Shown here: positions 60,362-64,000 of the stretch, in pieces
Layout: each line of letters opens with the position of its first letter
Numbering within the stretch: position 1 is the first letter of the stretch
IMG/VR virus record: IMGVR_UViG_3300028115_001726
Span: 8,671 to 72,670 of that record
Source: a virus
Length of the DNA: 64,000 nt
Direction: 5' to 3' (one strand)
The notes under the pieces: generated by a model
What the model was told of the DNA's origin: nothing
Seen by the model: only the letters and a program-made list of their open reading frames with translations
Database searches by the model: none
Program-made: the position numbers and the translations under genes

Positions 60362-60987
60362 AACTAGCAATTTTTGGATGTAGTTGGACACACGGTGTTG
60401 GACAAATTGATAATTATTTAAGTTGGCCGCAATTGTTAGACACTGACTACAGAGTTGAAAATTATGCTGTAGCAGGAAGCAGTTTACTATTCCAAATACA
60501 TTTATTAAACTGGGTAAAACAAAATAATCCAGCTGACAAATATGTATTTCAAATTACAAGGCCTGAAAGAATAACATATTGGAACGATAATGTTGATTGG
60601 ACAACCCATCTAAAACAAAAAAATAATATTAAACAATTTGATCATAGTGTGTACAATGATGTACAAATAGCAACTATTCAAAGTGTTTCGCAGTCTGCTG
60701 ATTTAACAACCAAGCAAGAAACAATTGACCTAGCTAAAGCATATTATAAAGTTATGAACGACGAAGCATTTCAACTTGAATATAAACTTAGTTATGAATA
60801 CATAAAAAATAATACTGATTTTTGTTATCTTCAAACAGAGGGCAAAGAACGTAAGTTAGACTTGCCATGTTTAGAAGATATACTAGGAAAAGAACAGTGT
60901 AAAAAATGGTGGCAAGCTGGCACTCATTTTGGAAAAGAGGGGTTAGAATGGACAGCTAACTGGGTAAAAGAAAATGCCAGTTTGTAA
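60358..60987 (+). CDS. SGNH-like protein (tandem paralog)
   Basis: KLAIFGCSWTHG, NYAVAGSS, AGTHF. Confidence 0.65.
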   Translation: MKLAIFGCSWTHGVGQIDNYLSWPQLLDTDYRVENYAVAGSSLLFQIHLLNWVKQNNPADKYVFQITRPERITYWNDNVDWTTHLKQKNNIKQFDHSVYNDVQIATIQSVSQSADLTTKQETIDLAKAYYKVMNDEAFQLEYKLSYEYIKNNTDFCYLQTEGKERKLDLPCLEDILGKEQCKKWWQAGTHFGKEGLEWTANWVKENASL

Positions 60988-62050
60988 TGCTTTAAACAAC
61001 CATATGTGTATAACTGTCGCAGGCAGTTGGCGTCCTTGTTGTAGGTTTAACAACTTTCCTCACGTAGATATTACACAAACCAGTTTTACTGATTACAAAC
61101 AAAGTGATTTTTATCAAGGTGTTATATATGATATGACTGACGGATGGGCAGACGGTTGTAAAAAATGTATGAAAGAAGAACAGCGTGGACACAACAGTTT
61201 ACGTGAACAAATGAACGAAAACTTTTCAGGCACAACTGATCTTGAATACATTGAAATCAGTTTAAGCAATAAATGTAATCTAGCATGTAAAATGTGTGCG
61301 CCAACTTACAGCACATTGTGGAATAAATTAGTAGAGCAAAATTCTCAACTGAAAAAATATCATCATACTGTTGTACAGCCTGAGATAAGTGTGCCAAGTA
61401 TTTTTGCTGATGTAGATCTTAGCAAACTTAAAAAAATCAAGTATTTGGGTGGTGAACCTTTTATTACACCAGAAACAAAACAATTATTTGAATACTTAGC
61501 AGACAAAAACGTAATTGGTAATATTGAACTTGAACTCAACACTAACTGTACATTTTTTCCAAACAAATGGCTAAAGTATTTGGACCAGTTCAAAGCTGTC
61601 ACAATTGAACTAAGCATTGACGGTGTAGAGCTTGTAAACGACTACGTGCGGCATGGTAAAACATGGAACACAGTAGATGCTGTGACCAAACAATGGGCAG
61701 AGTACAGTGCTAATACCAGTGTTGATATGGCGGTTTACAGCACAGTACAGGCTTATAATTTACATGATATGAAACGTGTAAAACAATATGCTACGGATTT
61801 AGGTTTTAAACATTACAGCAGTCTTCTTGTTGTTCCAGAATTTTTAAGCGTACATGTTTTACCGCAAGAATACTTAAATGTTATTAAAGACGATTACAAC
61901 ATAAAGTATTACAAAAGTATTGAGCAAAACAATTTATTTGACAAATTTATTGATTTCACTTATAATATAGACAAAGTGACTGGTTTACAATTAAAAGATG
62001 TAAATATGGAACTATACAAATATATGGAGGAACATTATGAGTACACCTGA
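60974..62050 (+). CDS. Radical SAM enzyme, class A
   Basis: CNLACKMC, LGGEPF; N-terminal VC...PCC...CKKC. Confidence 0.9.
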   Translation: MPVCNALNNHMCITVAGSWRPCCRFNNFPHVDITQTSFTDYKQSDFYQGVIYDMTDGWADGCKKCMKEEQRGHNSLREQMNENFSGTTDLEYIEISLSNKCNLACKMCAPTYSTLWNKLVEQNSQLKKYHHTVVQPEISVPSIFADVDLSKLKKIKYLGGEPFITPETKQLFEYLADKNVIGNIELELNTNCTFFPNKWLKYLDQFKAVTIELSIDGVELVNDYVRHGKTWNTVDAVTKQWAEYSANTSVDMAVYSTVQAYNLHDMKRVKQYATDLGFKHYSSLLVVPEFLSVHVLPQEYLNVIKDDYNIKYYKSIEQNNLFDKFIDFTYNIDKVTGLQLKDVNMELYKYMEEHYEYT

Positions 62051-62930
62051 CGAACCGGGATTTTATATGTTGCCAATGGACCATCCAATAGCCATTGAAA
62101 ATGTACGTAGACATAGTAGTAAAGCAGATTGTGTAGATGATTTGTTTGACAAAGACGAATTAGATTGGCTATGGAAAAATGCCTTTACAGCAGATTATAA
62201 CAAACCAAGATTAAATCGCAACGGCACTGTTATTATTGATGTTGATATGGAAGTTATTTACAAACGATATAAAGAAAAATTTGATAGTGTACTAGGACCG
62301 GTGGCAGAAAAATCTCCTACAATTGGTGGTAATTATTTTATTACTCCACAACAGTATGGACTACACCAAGATGCTATGCGTGAAAAAGGCTACAAAGGCA
62401 TGTGCGAAAATGTGCCATTGAATCATCCACAACGCAAATACACAACTTGGAAGAATATAATTACACCACTGTGGATTGGCACCCATCTTGACGAAGAAGA
62501 TGGCGGTCAAATTGTGTTTTTTGAACAGCGTGATATTGGTTGGGCAAAAGTATACAACGGTGGAGCCGAAGTAAAAAATATTGCCAGCATTTATGAAATT
62601 GTAACCGATTACAGTCATTTACAATTTTATGATCGCAACGGAGATCCAATGCCACAGAGCAATGAACCGTTTGACAAAGAGTTTCATAAAAAATATATGA
62701 ATACTCCTTATAAACGATTAGCAGGACTTAACGCAGAAAGTGTATTTGATTGGAAAACTGGCTCACCTTGTATTTTTGACGCTGTACAATTACATGCTAC
62801 AAATGAAGGATCATTAAATACAGAACCTCGAAAAAAGTGGAACAGCAAAATGGGATTGTTGATGACATTTATGATTGAGCTAGATGATGATTTGTTAGAG
62901 AGATGGCGTGAAGAACAAGCACAGATGTAG
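62037..62930 (+). CDS. Fe(II)/2OG oxygenase-like protein
   Basis: YGLHQD (HxD), DGGQIVFF, FDAVQLHAT (distal His), followed by a basic residue segment. Confidence 0.55.
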   Translation: MSTPDEPGFYMLPMDHPIAIENVRRHSSKADCVDDLFDKDELDWLWKNAFTADYNKPRLNRNGTVIIDVDMEVIYKRYKEKFDSVLGPVAEKSPTIGGNYFITPQQYGLHQDAMREKGYKGMCENVPLNHPQRKYTTWKNIITPLWIGTHLDEEDGGQIVFFEQRDIGWAKVYNGGAEVKNIASIYEIVTDYSHLQFYDRNGDPMPQSNEPFDKEFHKKYMNTPYKRLAGLNAESVFDWKTGSPCIFDAVQLHATNEGSLNTEPRKKWNSKMGLLMTFMIELDDDLLERWREEQAQM

Positions 62931-64000
62931 TGAACCATACAAACAAATACATTTTGACAGCAGAGGCAATTTAGGTCCTTGCTGTCAATATGTTGGCAAA
63001 CGTCCAGAAGTTGAAAGTTTTGAAGAATATTTAAAAAGTGACTGGCTTGAAGAATTCAAAAGTAAATTAGATTCAGGAGAGCGAGTAAGTGGCTGCGATT
63101 TCTGCTGGCGTCAAGAAGACAGTGGCGCAAAAAGTATGCGTCAAAAACGCAACGCTTATTACGAAGGCAAAGCTGATAAAGGCATTGAACATATTATGAT
63201 TACCTTTGGTAATCAGTGTAATACAGCCTGTAGAATTTGTAATGCTAGTCGCAGTAGTCTTATTGAAAAACAATATAAGGCTATGAAAGATACAGTGGAA
63301 GACGCTGACCTACACAAGTTAATAACAAAAAAACATGATTGGTCAAAAAGTAAAACTTGGTATAGAAATATCATCAATGATATTGTAGACAGAGCAGATA
63401 ACATTAGAAAATTAGAAATCACAGGCGGCGAACCATTCATCAATGTACATTTTGATAGAATGATCGATGCTTTGCTTAACAGCGGCAAGTCTTTGCCAGG
63501 CTTAAACATTACCACAAACGGTAGCTTTACAGAAGAACAAATACAAAAACTAGAAGCGTTTGATCATCTACACATTAATTATAGCATTGACGGCAGCGGA
63601 AAAAACTTTTACGAATATCTGCGTTGGCCGTTGAAATGGGACGAAGTACTTGAAAAAATTGACATACTTAAAAAATATTCGTGGTTAACTTGTGAGTTTG
63701 CTATTGTTCCTCATAACTTGAATATTTTAAATTTAGCTGACAGCATTAAATTTTTTAAAGAGTATACCAATTATCAAGACAGATTCAAAGTTGGTTTTAG
63801 TTGGCTCAACGGAGCACCTTGGTATAATCTTGATAATACACCTATCGAAATTAGAAATCAAGCAAGTATCGAAATAAAAAATATTGACCTATCAAAGTAT
63901 ACACAAGAAGAATCAGAACAGATTGTAGAATTGTACAACATTATCGAAAAGGCCAACACTCCCAGCCATATAAATATGTTAAAGTCGCATGTATCAATGA
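62908..64000 (+). CDS. Radical SAM enzyme, class A (3'-truncated by window edge; absent from the ORF track)
   Basis: Hand translation from GTG 62908: MKNKHRCSEPY...GPCC...GCDFCW...GNQCNTACRIC...ITGGEPF, open to the window end. Confidence 0.85.
   Translation, partial: MKNKHRCSEPYKQIHFDSRGNLGPCCQYVGKRPEVESFEEYLKSDWLEEFKSKLDSGERVSGCDFCWRQEDSGAKSMRQKRNAYYEGKADKGIEHIMITFGNQCNTACRICNASRSSLIEKQYKAMKDTVEDADLHKLITKKHDWSKSKTWYRNIINDIVDRADNIRKLEITGGEPFINVHFDRMIDALLNSGKSLPGLNITTNGSFTEEQIQKLEAFDHLHINYSIDGSGKNFYEYLRWPLKWDEVLEKIDILKKYSWLTCEFAIVPHNLNILNLADSIKFFKEYTNYQDRFKVGFSWLNGAPWYNLDNTPIEIRNQASIEIKNIDLSKYTQEESEQIVELYNIIEKANTPSHINMLKSHVSM

Noticed and set aside
173-63515. Dozens of 60-150 aa ORFs in the track that lie antisense to, or in alternate frames within, long genes
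   Set aside because: They are fully nested in motif-bearing genes, have no start signals and show shadow-ORF composition.
1-64000. tRNA, rRNA, CRISPR array, integrase/transposase, intron or intein
   Set aside because: Intergenic gaps are under about 75 bp, I saw no nucleotide repeat-spacer pattern, and no such protein motifs were recognised.
16539-64000. Classical RiPP (ranthipeptide, sactipeptide or darobactin-type) cluster
   Set aside because: No PqqD/RRE domain, peptidase or ABC exporter was seen, only one small ORF exists, and the neighbouring genes are sugar-related.
1-64000. Bacterial chromosomal biosynthetic or O-antigen cluster
   Set aside because: No transporters, flippase/polymerase or regulators were seen; the island is contiguous with virion genes and shares their TAAATA boxes.
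1-64000. Stop-codon reassignment
   Set aside because: The standard code gives near-complete coding density with full-length proteins, and TAA, TGA and TAG all end genes.

Overview
AT-rich, densely coding 64 kb segment that reads as a large tailed (myovirus-like, probably jumbo) phage genome. Positions 1-13.4 kb are a late virion module: a 5'-truncated >1600-aa baseplate/structural protein, a baseplate-type protein, three fibre paralogs with a shared N-terminal anchor (one with a tail-collar domain, one with a putative autocleaving chaperone tail), two paralogous structural proteins and a possible fibre chaperone. Positions 13.4-64 kb are a continuous enzyme island that runs off the window end. 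By my count it holds 23 radical-SAM genes in four architectures: 11 with an N-terminal Twitch/SPASM-like module, 7 with a C-terminal GWxC...Cx4CxC module, 4 with a GNxGDP-type SAM motif, and 1 B12-binding. These are interleaved with about 8 glycosyltransferase-like genes, 5 SGNH-like (GCS) proteins, 4 Fe(II)/2OG-type oxygenases, 2 methyltransferases, an amidinotransferase, a minimal DegT aminotransferase, an NDP-sugar epimerase/dehydratase, a NeuA-like cytidylyltransferase, a QueC-like PP-loop enzyme, a possible pseudokinase and one repeat-rich fibre-like gene. The best hypothesis (inference) is a phage-encoded pathway that builds and heavily tailors a glycan on the virion or host surface. Regulation is readable from the DNA: T4-like TAAATA late boxes placed 4-5 nt before start codons (leaderless) in divergent pairs, a shared palindrome WTANNTRCGYANNTAW, three near-perfect sigma70 promoters, and 3' overlaps at every convergent gene pair. 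No tRNA, rRNA, CRISPR array or mobile element was seen. Family calls come from motif recognition only; no database search was run.
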